A program made the translations under genes and the position numbers. The notes under the pieces are model-generated. The model saw only the letters and a list, made by a program, of their open reading frames with translations, ran no database searches and was not told the DNA's origin. A DNA stretch of 31,822 bases, taken from positions 1 through 31,822 of the forward strand of contig CAXTYC010000048.1 of assembly GCA_964248365.1 (NCBI GenBank), read 5' to 3'. Below, in pieces: positions 16,963 to 25,797 of the stretch. Every line of letters starts with the position of its first letter. Within the stretch, counting starts at the first letter, position 1. The DNA comes from an uncultured Chroococcidiopsis sp. GTDB taxonomy: Bacteria > Cyanobacteriota > Cyanobacteriia > Cyanobacteriales > Chroococcidiopsidaceae.

Positions 16963-19149
16963 CTACCAACTACCACTAACAACCAAACCATTTGTTGATG
17001 GGAGAAAATCGTCTAGAAAGTCCAAGTGTTCGCCAGCCATGTGACGCAGAGTTTCTGGAGTGCCTTGAATTTTCAATTTCCCTTCTTCTAGCAGTACAAT
17101 CCAATCAGCCCGTTGGATAACTTTCGGGCGATGACTGATCGTAATTGTGGTTTTGCCCTGTCTATGGTATAACAATCTATCTAAAACTTCCGCTTCACTG
17201 ACTGGATCGAGAGCGCCTGTAGACTCATCTAAAATAAGTATGGGTGGATCGGTGACAATGGCTCTAGCGATCGCTAATCTCTGTTTTTGACCACCAGACA
17301 AATTCGCGCCAAATTCTCCCAAAACAGTTTGATACTTATCCGGCAATTTACTGATAAATTCATCTGCACCAGCTATTTGACAAGCGAGGACAATTTGTTC
17401 AAAACTAATATCAGGATAGCTAAAGCGGAAGTTATCGACGATTGAGCGACTCCAAAAGTGGGGTTCTTGTGGGACTAATACCACCTGTTGGCGCAGACAT
17501 TCTACCGAGAGGTCTTGCTGATTGTATATGCCATAGCGGATATTACCAGACTGACAGAAATATAAACCAGCAATCAGTTTGGCGAGGGTACTTTTACCAC
17601 AACCGGATTTACCAATCAAGGCAATAACTTTACCGCCAGGGATATTCAGGGAAAAATCTTCAAGCAAGTCAACTCTACCTGCATGATGAAAATTGAGATT
17701 GGTGCAGATAATATCTGTATTGTTGGGAATTTCAGCCCAAGGCTTTTTCTCGTCTTTTTCATCTTCTGGGGTAGCGTCAATCACTTCCGTCAGACGTTGA
17801 ATCACAATCTGGGCAGTGATAAACTCATCAACTAAGCCGATGGCTGCGCTCAAAAAGCCAAGAAAGTTGCCACTCATACCGCTAAACGCTAGCAACTGAC
17901 CAATGCTGAGGGTACGATTAATCACTAAGTACGAGCCTATCCAAAGTAAGGCAATACTAGTAAAATTAGAGAGAATACCAGTGATTGTGCTACTGTAAAG
18001 CCCCAATTTCATCGTACTCCAGCCCAAATTAGCCAGCCGACCAAAATTAGTTTGATATTCTTGCCAAGCTTGCCCAGTGGCTTGGGTAGTCTTTAGCACC
18101 TGGACACCGCGAAATGTTTCCACCAAAAAGCCTTGGTTTTCTGTACCTAAGACAATTTGGTTACGAGTTTTTTGGCGCAAGGCTGGGAGAAACAGCAGGT
18201 TAACTATTGTGACAATGATAAACGCAGCGATGGAAGCCAGAGTCAGTCCCCAGCTGTAGAACAGCATAAAGCCCAAGGACACTATGGCGATGAAAAACTG
18301 GCTGGGTAAACCAAGGACGATTTGGGAAACTAAGGCATTGATATGACTAACATCAGCAATGCGACTGACAACTTCCCCGCTACGTCGTCCTTCAAAATAA
18401 GTCAGGGGTAAGTGCAGAAGTTTTCGCCCGTATTCCAGCAGCAGCCCTAATTGTAGCCGTTGACCAAAGTGACCGATTAGGTGAGACTGGACTAAATTAA
18501 TGGCACTTCTAAATAAGTTCATAGCTATAACACCAATTGCCACAGTTGTCAACAATTGGGGATCTCCTCTCACCAAAACGTCATCGGTGAGAAGTTGCAT
18601 CATCAAAGGCGAGGCGAGGGACAATAAACCAACAGCTATGTTAATTGCGATCGCCTGAGCCAAAATAGACCGATAGGGCAATACTCGCTTGAGATAACGC
18701 CCAAAACCGCCAACCTTATCATCTTGCTGCTCGTAAAAACGGCTATCGTCTGGTGTCAGCAGCAGCATGATACCATTACCCCAACCGAGGACTAACTCCT
18801 CGCGGGTAAGGTAACGGATGCCAACACCAGGGTCAGAAATTACAAATTTTTTCCCTTTTTGCCCGTATAAAACTACCCAGTGATAGCCTTTCCAGTGAAT
18901 GATAGCTGGAAGGGGTGCTTTGTGCAAAGAGTCAAGTATTTGAGCAGAGGCTTTAACTTGGCGGGCATGAAATCCAAGGGCTTCTGCACCCCGCTTCAAC
19001 CCTAGTAAAGTCGTTCCCCGCGATCCCGTGCCAACAGCTTCTCGTACTCGACCTATGGCAAAGGTGCGTTTGTAGTGTTTGGCAACAGTGGCAATGCAGG
19101 CAGCACCACAGTCTTCTTCACTGTGTTGTAGAACAATTTTGTATTTCAT
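16963..19149 (-). CDS. Peptidase-containing ABC transporter (C39 peptidase, ABC membrane domain, ATPase)
   Basis: QHSEEDCGAAC (catalytic Cys), HWVV..D; Walker A GKSGCGKS; signature LSGGQKQR; Walker B ILILDE. Confidence 0.96.
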   Translation of the reverse strand: MKYKIVLQHSEEDCGAACIATVAKHYKRTFAIGRVREAVGTGSRGTTLLGLKRGAEALGFHARQVKASAQILDSLHKAPLPAIIHWKGYHWVVLYGQKGKKFVISDPGVGIRYLTREELVLGWGNGIMLLLTPDDSRFYEQQDDKVGGFGRYLKRVLPYRSILAQAIAINIAVGLLSLASPLMMQLLTDDVLVRGDPQLLTTVAIGVIAMNLFRSAINLVQSHLIGHFGQRLQLGLLLEYGRKLLHLPLTYFEGRRSGEVVSRIADVSHINALVSQIVLGLPSQFFIAIVSLGFMLFYSWGLTLASIAAFIIVTIVNLLFLPALRQKTRNQIVLGTENQGFLVETFRGVQVLKTTQATGQAWQEYQTNFGRLANLGWSTMKLGLYSSTITGILSNFTSIALLWIGSYLVINRTLSIGQLLAFSGMSGNFLGFLSAAIGLVDEFITAQIVIQRLTEVIDATPEDEKDEKKPWAEIPNNTDIICTNLNFHHAGRVDLLEDFSLNIPGGKVIALIGKSGCGKSTLAKLIAGLYFCQSGNIRYGIYNQQDLSVECLRQQVVLVPQEPHFWSRSIVDNFRFSYPDISFEQIVLACQIAGADEFISKLPDKYQTVLGEFGANLSGGQKQRLAIARAIVTDPPILILDESTGALDPVSEAEVLDRLLYHRQGKTTITISHRPKVIQRADWIVLLEEGKLKIQGTPETLRHMAGEHLDFLDDFLPSTNGLVVSGSW

Positions 19150-19176
19150 AGTTTAGAACTTACGCACAGGAGAAAG

Positions 19177-19204
19177 TGCGATCAAGGCTTTTGCCCCGAT
19201 CGCA
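19177..19204 (-). terminator. Stem-loop / probable weak intrinsic terminator between the cargo gene and the transporter
   Basis: Minus strand tgcgatcggggc-aaaa-gccttgatcgca (12 bp with 2 G-U pairs) followed by ctttctcct. Confidence 0.55.
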
Positions 19205-19330
19205 TTTAGTATTCAGTGTGTCAGAGAAGCTTGACCCTACTTAAAAATGAGTAGCATAAAGATCGCTCTAACTAAATTTTTCAATGCAGAAGTCGGACGA
19301 GACTAACGACGAAAAGCTAAAGCCATCTCG

Positions 19331-19726
19331 CTAGTAGGTGATCCGCCCTGCAATGTCGAAGGCACGGTAACCGCTGTCACCCTCAAAGTCGAGCTTGAAG
19401 GGGGTGTTATCGCGCACGTCCGCTGCAACAGTGAAGACTCCGTCGATGTTTGCAGGAATAGTCCTCTGGTAACTGCTTATATCAGTGCCATCGGGACGCA
19501 CAGCTTTAACCTTCACGTCATACGGGTGCTTAGTCAATCGAATTGAAATGTCGTTGAATTGGCTAGTGGTGGTATACACCTTTGGGAATGTCTTTGATCC
19601 GAATGCCGGAACTCTGCCTGCGATAGGTGATAAGGCTCCTCCTGTTATAGAAGCAGAATTGTTATCTGAAATTTCTTCAAACAGAGGGGCTTCGGTCAAC
19701 TGTTGTTCATGCTGATTGTCTTTCAT
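19331..19726 (-). CDS. Double-glycine-leader secreted protein (30-aa leader + 101-aa mature domain), likely substrate of the adjacent exporter
   Basis: Shine-Dalgarno AGGAG before ATG 19726; leader ...PLFEEISDNNSASITGG then ALSPIAGR...; lies directly upstream of the C39 transporter. Confidence 0.85.
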   Translation of the reverse strand: MKDNQHEQQLTEAPLFEEISDNNSASITGGALSPIAGRVPAFGSKTFPKVYTTTSQFNDISIRLTKHPYDVKVKAVRPDGTDISSYQRTIPANIDGVFTVAADVRDNTPFKLDFEGDSGYRAFDIAGRITY

Positions 19727-19805
19727 CTTTTTCTCTCCTATTGAAGTGTGAATGATTCTGTGATGTTTCGAGTTGGCAAACTGCAAAACCTGTTGTTTTG
19801 TGTTG

Positions 19806-19842
19806 CTAGTTCTTACTCGGAGGGTTACGCCTTGGTTTATGC
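19806..19842 (-). promoter_or_regulatory. Putative ECF-type promoter GCATAAA-N16-CGAG-N7-TAG upstream of the cargo/exporter operon
   Basis: Minus strand GCATAAA (19842-19836), CGAG (19819-19816), TAG (19808-19806); matches 4191-4227. Confidence 0.55.
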
Positions 19843-20017
19843 CAAATGTCAGTTCTTGTAATATTCCTTAACAAATTGACTCGGATGCAGCCCGTTGTAT
19901 CCCCAGCCGCGCCCCCACAGCAGGCTAAAAAGGGCAGGTTTTACCTGACAGTAAAGAGCCAAAAGGATTTAAGATCCATACACTAGCCTCAGTTTTTGCC
20001 AGGGTGGGAAACGCTTT

Positions 20018-23000
20018 ATGTCTTTCGTCGGTCTACACATTCACAGTGATTACAGCCTACTTGACGGTGCTAGCCAGTTACCGCAATTGGTAGATAGAGC
20101 GATTGAATTAGGGATGAAGGCGATCGCTCTGACCGATCATGGAGTAATGTATGGTGCGATCGAGTTAATTAAAACCTGTCGCAGCAGAAATATTAAGCCG
20201 ATTATCGGCAATGAAATGTATGTAATTAATGGTAATATTGAAGAACAGAAGCGCTGCAAAAAATATCATCAAGTTGTTTTAGCTAAAAACGATAAAGGTT
20301 ATAAAAATTTAGTTAAATTAACAACCATTTCTCATCTGAAAGGCTTTCAAGGTAAAGGTATATTTGCTCGTCCTTGTATTAATAAAGAACTATTAGCACA
20401 ATATCATGAAGGCTTAATCGTTACTAGTGCTTGTCTAGGTGGTGAAGTACCTCAAGCAATTTTGGCAGGTAGACCGGATGTGGCTCGGAAAACTGCCCAA
20501 TGGTACAAAGATGTATTTGGGGATGATTACTATTTAGAAATTCAAGATCACGGTTCGCCTGAAGATCGAATCGTCAATGTTGAAATTATCAAAATTGCCC
20601 AAGAACTAGGGATTAAATACGTTGCTACGAATGATTCCCATTATATTTCTTGCTATGACGTTGAGGCTCATGATGCATTGCTATGCATTCAAACAGGTAA
20701 GCTGATTGTTGAAGATAAACGAATGCGCTACAGCGGGACAGAGTATCTCAAATCTGCTGAAGAAATGGCATTTCTATTTCGAGATCATCTGCCAGAGGAT
20801 GTAATTTCGCAGGCGATCGCTACTACCCAAGAAGTAGCCGACAAAGTTGAACCATATCATATTATGGGTGAACCGCGCATTCCTAATTATCCAGTTCCGG
20901 CTGGACACACCGCTGATACATTTCTAGAACACGTAGCTTGGGAAGGATTATTACAACGCTTCAATCGCAAATCCCGTGCTGAAATTGAGCCAATCTACAA
21001 AGAAAGGTTGGAATACGAACTGAAAATGATGCAGCAGATGGGATTTTCAACTTACTTTTTAGTAGTTTGGGACTATATCAAATACGCCAGAGATAATAAT
21101 ATACCAGTTGGTCCTGGTAGAGGTTCAGCAGCAGGTTCTTTAGTTGCTTATGCTCTGAAAATTACCAACATAGATCCAGTACATCACGGATTACTATTTG
21201 AGCGATTTTTGAACCCAGAACGTAAATCAATGCCTGATATTGATACAGATTTCTGTATTGAAAGACGAGATGAAGTTATAGATTATGTTACTCGCAAATA
21301 TGGGGAAGAGCGCGTAGCCCAAATTATTACTTTTAACCGATTGACATCAAAAGCTGTATTAAAAGATGTAGCGAGAGTATTAAATATTCCTTACGGTGAC
21401 GCAGATCGCATGGCGAAATTAATTCCTGTTGTGCGGGGTAAACCTACTAAACTGAAAGTGATGATTTCCGACGAAACTCCATCACAGGAGTTTAAAGAAA
21501 AATACGAAACTGACCCGAATGTCCGCCATTGGGTTGATATGGCGATGCGGATTGAAGGGACAAACAAAACTTTTGGTGTCCATGCGGCTGGCGTAGTAAT
21601 TTCATCTGAACCGCTGGATGAAATTGTCCCATTGCAAAAAAACAATGATGGGTCAGTAATTACCCAGTATTTCATGGAAGATTTGGAATCAATGGGTTTA
21701 TTGAAAATGGATTTTTTGGGATTAAAAAATCTCACACTCATCCAAAATACAGTTAATTTAATTAAGCAAAATCAAAAGATTGATATAGATCCAGATAAAC
21801 TGCCGCTAGAAGAAAGAAGAGTGCAGAAGATATTGGCAAAAGGCGAACAGAAAAAAATGCCCGAAGACGTTGAAAAAGCCTATAAAATTTTAGAAGCAGG
21901 GGATTTAGAAGGCATATTTCAATTAGAATCTTCAGGAATGCGTCAGATAGTACGAGATTTAAAACCTTCCTGTATAGAAGATATTTCCTCAATTCTTGCC
22001 CTATATCGACCAGGACCTTTAGATGCAGGCTTGATCCCTCTATTTATTGACCGTAAGCATGGGCGGGAAGAAATTAAATACGAGCATTCAATACTAGAGC
22101 CGATTTTGGATGAAACATATGCAGTTCTAGTGTATCAAGAACAAATCATGAAAATGGCTCAGGATATGGCAGGATATTCCTTGGGACAAGCTGATTTGTT
22201 AAGACGAGCAATGGGTAAAAAGAAAGCTTCTGAGATGCAAAAACATCGAGAAACTTTCGTGGATGGTGCAGCTAAAAATGGAGTGAAAAAGCAGATAGCA
22301 GAAGGTCTATTTGACCAAATGGTGAAGTTCGCTGAATACTGTTTTAATAAATCCCATTCAACGGCTTATGGTTATGTAACTTATCAAACTGCATATTTAA
22401 AGGCAAATTATCCGGTTGAATATATGGCAGCACTGTTAACAGCTAACAGTGGTGATACTGATAAGGTGCAGAAATATATTTCTACCTGTATGAGTATGAA
22501 TATACAGATAGAGCCACCGGATATTAACCGTTCAGGGGTGGATTTTACACCGTTGGAAAAAAAGATTTTGTTTGGATTTTCGGCTGTCAGAAATGTAGGA
22601 CAAGCAGCGATCGCCTGTATTTTAGAAGCAAGAGAGAAAGGCGAGTTTAAATCCTTAGCAGATTTGTGCGATCGCGTCGATCTGCGCGCTGTTAACCGCC
22701 GCGCGTTGGAAGCATTAATTAACTGCGGTGCTTTCGATCAAATTCAACTCAACCGCCACCAGTTAATTAAAGATCTTGAACTGGTATATGATTGGGCGCA
22801 ATCTCGTGCTAAAGATCGAGCAAGTGGTCAAGTAAGTTTATTTGACTGGGGTGGCATGACTTCTATATCTTCAAATAATAACTTTGATTGTGCCCCCAAA
22901 GCTACCGCTGTAGATGATTTCCCTCAATCAGAAAAGCTGCGACGGGAAAAAGAATTACTGGGTTTTTATGTCTCAGATCATCCCCTTAAGGCGGTACGAC

Positions 23001-23569
23001 AAGCAGCACAAATCATGGCTCCAATTAACTTAAGCGATTTGGGCGATGTGGGTGAAGATACGCTGTTGAGTGCTGTCGTGATGCTGACGAGTATCAAGCC
23101 AGTGACGACAAAAAAAGGCGATCGCATGGCGATCGTACAAATAGAAGACTTGACAGGACAAACAGAAGCAGTCGTCTTCCCCAAGGCTTACGAACGGATT
23201 GGATCTTTATTGGTAGAAGATACGCGAATGATTGTTTGGGGCAAAGTAGATCGCCGAGACGATCAACTACAGCTAATTGTAGAGGATGCAGAGCCAATTG
23301 AAAACGTCCAGATGGTGATGGTGGAACTAACCCCCCAACAAGCAGGGACGTTTGAAGAACAGAACCGTCTGGGAGGAATTTTGCAAGAACAGATAGGCGA
23401 GAAAGAAAAAGCTAAAGTTCCCGTATTTGGAATTATCACGGCTGCAAATCGCCGTCAAATTGTCCGATTTGGGCGCTCATTTTGGGTACAGGATGGTTTT
23501 GCTGCTGTGGAAGCGCTCAAAGCAGCGAGATTCCCCGCTCATGTGCAACCCCTCGTTAGTCAGGTATGA
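20018..23569 (+). CDS. dnaE: DNA polymerase III subunit alpha, contiguous and intein-free
   Basis: PHP motifs [11 protein letters not shown] and [33 protein letters not shown]-terminal OB fold; 1183 aa. Confidence 0.98.
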   Translation: MSFVGLHIHSDYSLLDGASQLPQLVDRAIELGMKAIALTDHGVMYGAIELIKTCRSRNIKPIIGNEMYVINGNIEEQKRCKKYHQVVLAKNDKGYKNLVKLTTISHLKGFQGKGIFARPCINKELLAQYHEGLIVTSACLGGEVPQAILAGRPDVARKTAQWYKDVFGDDYYLEIQDHGSPEDRIVNVEIIKIAQELGIKYVATNDSHYISCYDVEAHDALLCIQTGKLIVEDKRMRYSGTEYLKSAEEMAFLFRDHLPEDVISQAIATTQEVADKVEPYHIMGEPRIPNYPVPAGHTADTFLEHVAWEGLLQRFNRKSRAEIEPIYKERLEYELKMMQQMGFSTYFLVVWDYIKYARDNNIPVGPGRGSAAGSLVAYALKITNIDPVHHGLLFERFLNPERKSMPDIDTDFCIERRDEVIDYVTRKYGEERVAQIITFNRLTSKAVLKDVARVLNIPYGDADRMAKLIPVVRGKPTKLKVMISDETPSQEFKEKYETDPNVRHWVDMAMRIEGTNKTFGVHAAGVVISSEPLDEIVPLQKNNDGSVITQYFMEDLESMGLLKMDFLGLKNLTLIQNTVNLIKQNQKIDIDPDKLPLEERRVQKILAKGEQKKMPEDVEKAYKILEAGDLEGIFQLESSGMRQIVRDLKPSCIEDISSILALYRPGPLDAGLIPLFIDRKHGREEIKYEHSILEPILDETYAVLVYQEQIMKMAQDMAGYSLGQADLLRRAMGKKKASEMQKHRETFVDGAAKNGVKKQIAEGLFDQMVKFAEYCFNKSHSTAYGYVTYQTAYLKANYPVEYMAALLTANSGDTDKVQKYISTCMSMNIQIEPPDINRSGVDFTPLEKKILFGFSAVRNVGQAAIACILEAREKGEFKSLADLCDRVDLRAVNRRALEALINCGAFDQIQLNRHQLIKDLELVYDWAQSRAKDRASGQVSLFDWGGMTSISSNNNFDCAPKATAVDDFPQSEKLRREKELLGFYVSDHPLKAVRQAAQIMAPINLSDLGDVGEDTLLSAVVMLTSIKPVTTKKGDRMAIVQIEDLTGQTEAVVFPKAYERIGSLLVEDTRMIVWGKVDRRDDQLQLIVEDAEPIENVQMVMVELTPQQAGTFEEQNRLGGILQEQIGEKEKAKVPVFGIITAANRRQIVRFGRSFWVQDGFAAVEALKAARFPAHVQPLVSQV

Positions 23570-23640
23570 GGTAGGGGCATGATTGAGGATGCAGAGCATC
23601 CAAATTATCTAGCTCCCAGGCTGAGCCTGAGAACTAGATC

Positions 23641-23717
23641 AAAGGGAGTAGGGGCGGGTTTACCCAGAAATTTGGTGAAAATCGAAGCCTTTTAGTAAAA
23701 CCGCCCCTACTCCTTTT
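23641..23717. terminator. GTAG-type long inverted repeat between convergent genes, likely bidirectional terminator
   Basis: aaagggagtaggggcgggtttac ... gtaaaaccgcccctactcctttt, ~23-bp arms, followed by a T run. Confidence 0.7.
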
Positions 23718-23725
23718 TTGCCATC

Positions 23726-24919
23726 TTAACGCGCCCTGAGTTCCAGTTGCCCAGAGACGTTGATGTTAAACGTAAATCGGATGTTGATGTAGCTTTTTGG
23801 ATAGCCAGTAGGCAAAGGCGCAAAAGGAGCCGCCCGACTGACAGCGCTAAGTGCGGCAGAGTCAGTTATGCTAGAACCAGAAGGTCGCACAATCCGCAGT
23901 CCACTCACTTGACCGGAACGGCTAACAGCAAAGTAAACTACTGTCTGCCGAGAATTTTCGGTTAGTCCTGGTATCCATTGCTGCCCCACCCGTTGCTGAA
24001 GTTGCATCAGGTAAGAACCCATATCTACATCACGACGAGCATCAATTCCCTCTGCACCCCGATTAAAGCGGTTGGAATTAGGTAGGGCTGCCTGATAATT
24101 GCCATTAAAATTACGACTCGATACACTCATTGAACCACCCAAGCGACTTGCTGCCCCAGATGTTCGGGATGGCTGAGTTTGAAACTGTGTTTTTGAAGTA
24201 GTCCTAGTTGCCAATTGCGAAGATGCTGCGGAGCGTGGTTGCAGATCCTGACGTGGTTGGCGTTTTGGCGAGTGGATATTTGTTGGAGCGATGCTACTAG
24301 TTTGAGATAATGGTTTTGGCTGTGAAATTCTGCGGGTAGCCCTAGTTGCCACTTGCGAAGATGCTGTGGACGGCGGTAGTAGATCTTGACGTGGTTGGCG
24401 TTTTGGCGAGTGGATAGTTGTTGGAGCGATAACTCCGTTAAGCTTCGCTAACGCCTCTGTTCGCCTCTGTGGTTGTGGGATAGTCGGAGTCCACGCCTCT
24501 GTTCGCGGTTTAAGTTTTGCGATCAGGGACGATCTGCGCTCTGTCTGAGAATTTTGAATTGAATTTTCTCCTCTGCCCCTTGCGCCCCTTGCCCCTTGCG
24601 CTCTCTGCCTTCCTACTACCGAAGGTGCTAATCTAACAGCAACAGGTTGTTCTGGTTTTGCTTTCCCACCTGCAACAGAATTGTTAGCAGCCCGACGCTT
24701 GGTTTGGGGGGGTGGTGTCTGCTTAGGATTAGGAGGAACTTCAACAAACTCAATTGGAATGGGTTGCGAAGACAGCGATGGTTCAGGCTTAAAAGCTCTG
24801 AGCCAATAATCGTAGCCAAAAAATAGAGTTAAGTGCAGGAGAATGGAAACAACTATACCAACGAGCAAATCTCCAGGGCGATCTCTCCTGTCGCGGTAGA
24901 ATTTCTGATCCAATGTCAT
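23726..24919 (-). CDS. TonB/TolA-like membrane-anchored protein (TonB C-terminal domain)
   Basis: TM with SILLH motif; Pro/Ser/Arg-rich linker; C-terminal YLMQLQQRVGQQW...SGSSITDSAALSAV..AAPFAPLP. Confidence 0.85.
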   Translation of the reverse strand: MTLDQKFYRDRRDRPGDLLVGIVVSILLHLTLFFGYDYWLRAFKPEPSLSSQPIPIEFVEVPPNPKQTPPPQTKRRAANNSVAGGKAKPEQPVAVRLAPSVVGRQRAQGARGARGRGENSIQNSQTERRSSLIAKLKPRTEAWTPTIPQPQRRTEALAKLNGVIAPTTIHSPKRQPRQDLLPPSTASSQVATRATRRISQPKPLSQTSSIAPTNIHSPKRQPRQDLQPRSAASSQLATRTTSKTQFQTQPSRTSGAASRLGGSMSVSSRNFNGNYQAALPNSNRFNRGAEGIDARRDVDMGSYLMQLQQRVGQQWIPGLTENSRQTVVYFAVSRSGQVSGLRIVRPSGSSITDSAALSAVSRAAPFAPLPTGYPKSYINIRFTFNINVSGQLELRAR

Positions 24920-25013
24920 GTTATTGTGCCTTCACTCGACAGCAGATCCGACAGCTTATCTATCAGTGTAGGCAGGATAACAGAAACAGTTCAATCAGGG
25001 TAGAACTAAAGCG

Positions 25014-25661
25014 CTAAAAACGATAGTTGCGATCGCTCACCCAGAAACTCATCGGTACTGCATGACCTTGATTATCTACCTTCACTTCAACAACTACAGA
25101 TTGCGCTCTACCATTTCGAGCCTGCCCTATGTTTTGGTTAATTTCATCTCGGCGTGACTCTGGCATATAGTAGGTTTCCACACCATATTCAACCGAATTA
25201 TAATTAGACTTGCCTTGGATAGCGATTTGATTAGCAGCTAAAGATGTGGGGCGATCCCCCCTCACCCGCACAGGTTTCCAAGCCTGGGGCGGAGTCGATG
25301 AGGTAGCAGGTGCTGACAAAATCACATACAATTTAGTTCCAGCAGCTAAATAGTCTCTTGAATTTCCACCTGCTAACTCATTCCAACCAGGAAGACGGCG
25401 CAGTGTCTCAAGCCGAGAAATATCATAGTTGAGTGTCTGCGAATAGCCCCGCAGGAAATCATAAGGATCGGTGGCAATAGTCTGTAGAACAACCGTTTTC
25501 CCAGTAATTTGCGTATAAAATGACTGAGCAGGTATCGCCAGAATCAAACCTGTCTGCAACAGCAAGGGAACCCAAAGCCGCCAAACTGGTAAACGTTCTG
25601 GTATTAGAGATTGTCTTTCCTTCAACCCAGGCTTTGTTAATGATTCCGAGCTATTAGTCAT
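25014..25661 (-). CDS. GDYXXLXY domain membrane-anchored protein
   Basis: N-terminal TM; DPYDFLRGYSQTLNYDIS; YGVETYYMPE; lies downstream of the DUF2157 gene. Confidence 0.85.
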   Translation of the reverse strand: MTNSSESLTKPGLKERQSLIPERLPVWRLWVPLLLQTGLILAIPAQSFYTQITGKTVVLQTIATDPYDFLRGYSQTLNYDISRLETLRRLPGWNELAGGNSRDYLAAGTKLYVILSAPATSSTPPQAWKPVRVRGDRPTSLAANQIAIQGKSNYNSVEYGVETYYMPESRRDEINQNIGQARNGRAQSVVVEVKVDNQGHAVPMSFWVSDRNYRF

Positions 25662-25689
25662 AAGTAATTCTTTTTAGATGATAGAGAAC

Positions 25690-25797
25690 TATGAAGTATG
25701 TAGAGACGCAATATATTGCGTCTGCTTCCGTTGTATGAAGTATGAAGTATGAAGTATGAAGTATGAAATTTCAACCTTCAACCTTCAACCTTCAACC
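25690..25797. repeat. STRR cluster (tatgaag)n and (ttcaacc)n with an inserted GTAG palindrome
   Basis: gtagagacgcaatatattgcgtct at 25700-25723 among heptamer repeats. Confidence 0.8.

Noticed and set aside
19331..19726. Lanthipeptide or other modified RiPP precursor
   Set aside because: No Cys in the mature part, and no LanM, YcaO or radical SAM gene nearby.
19727..19786. N-terminal extension of the cargo ORF given in the ORF track
   Set aside because: TTG start; an AGGAG Shine-Dalgarno precedes ATG 19726, which gives a typical 30-aa leader.
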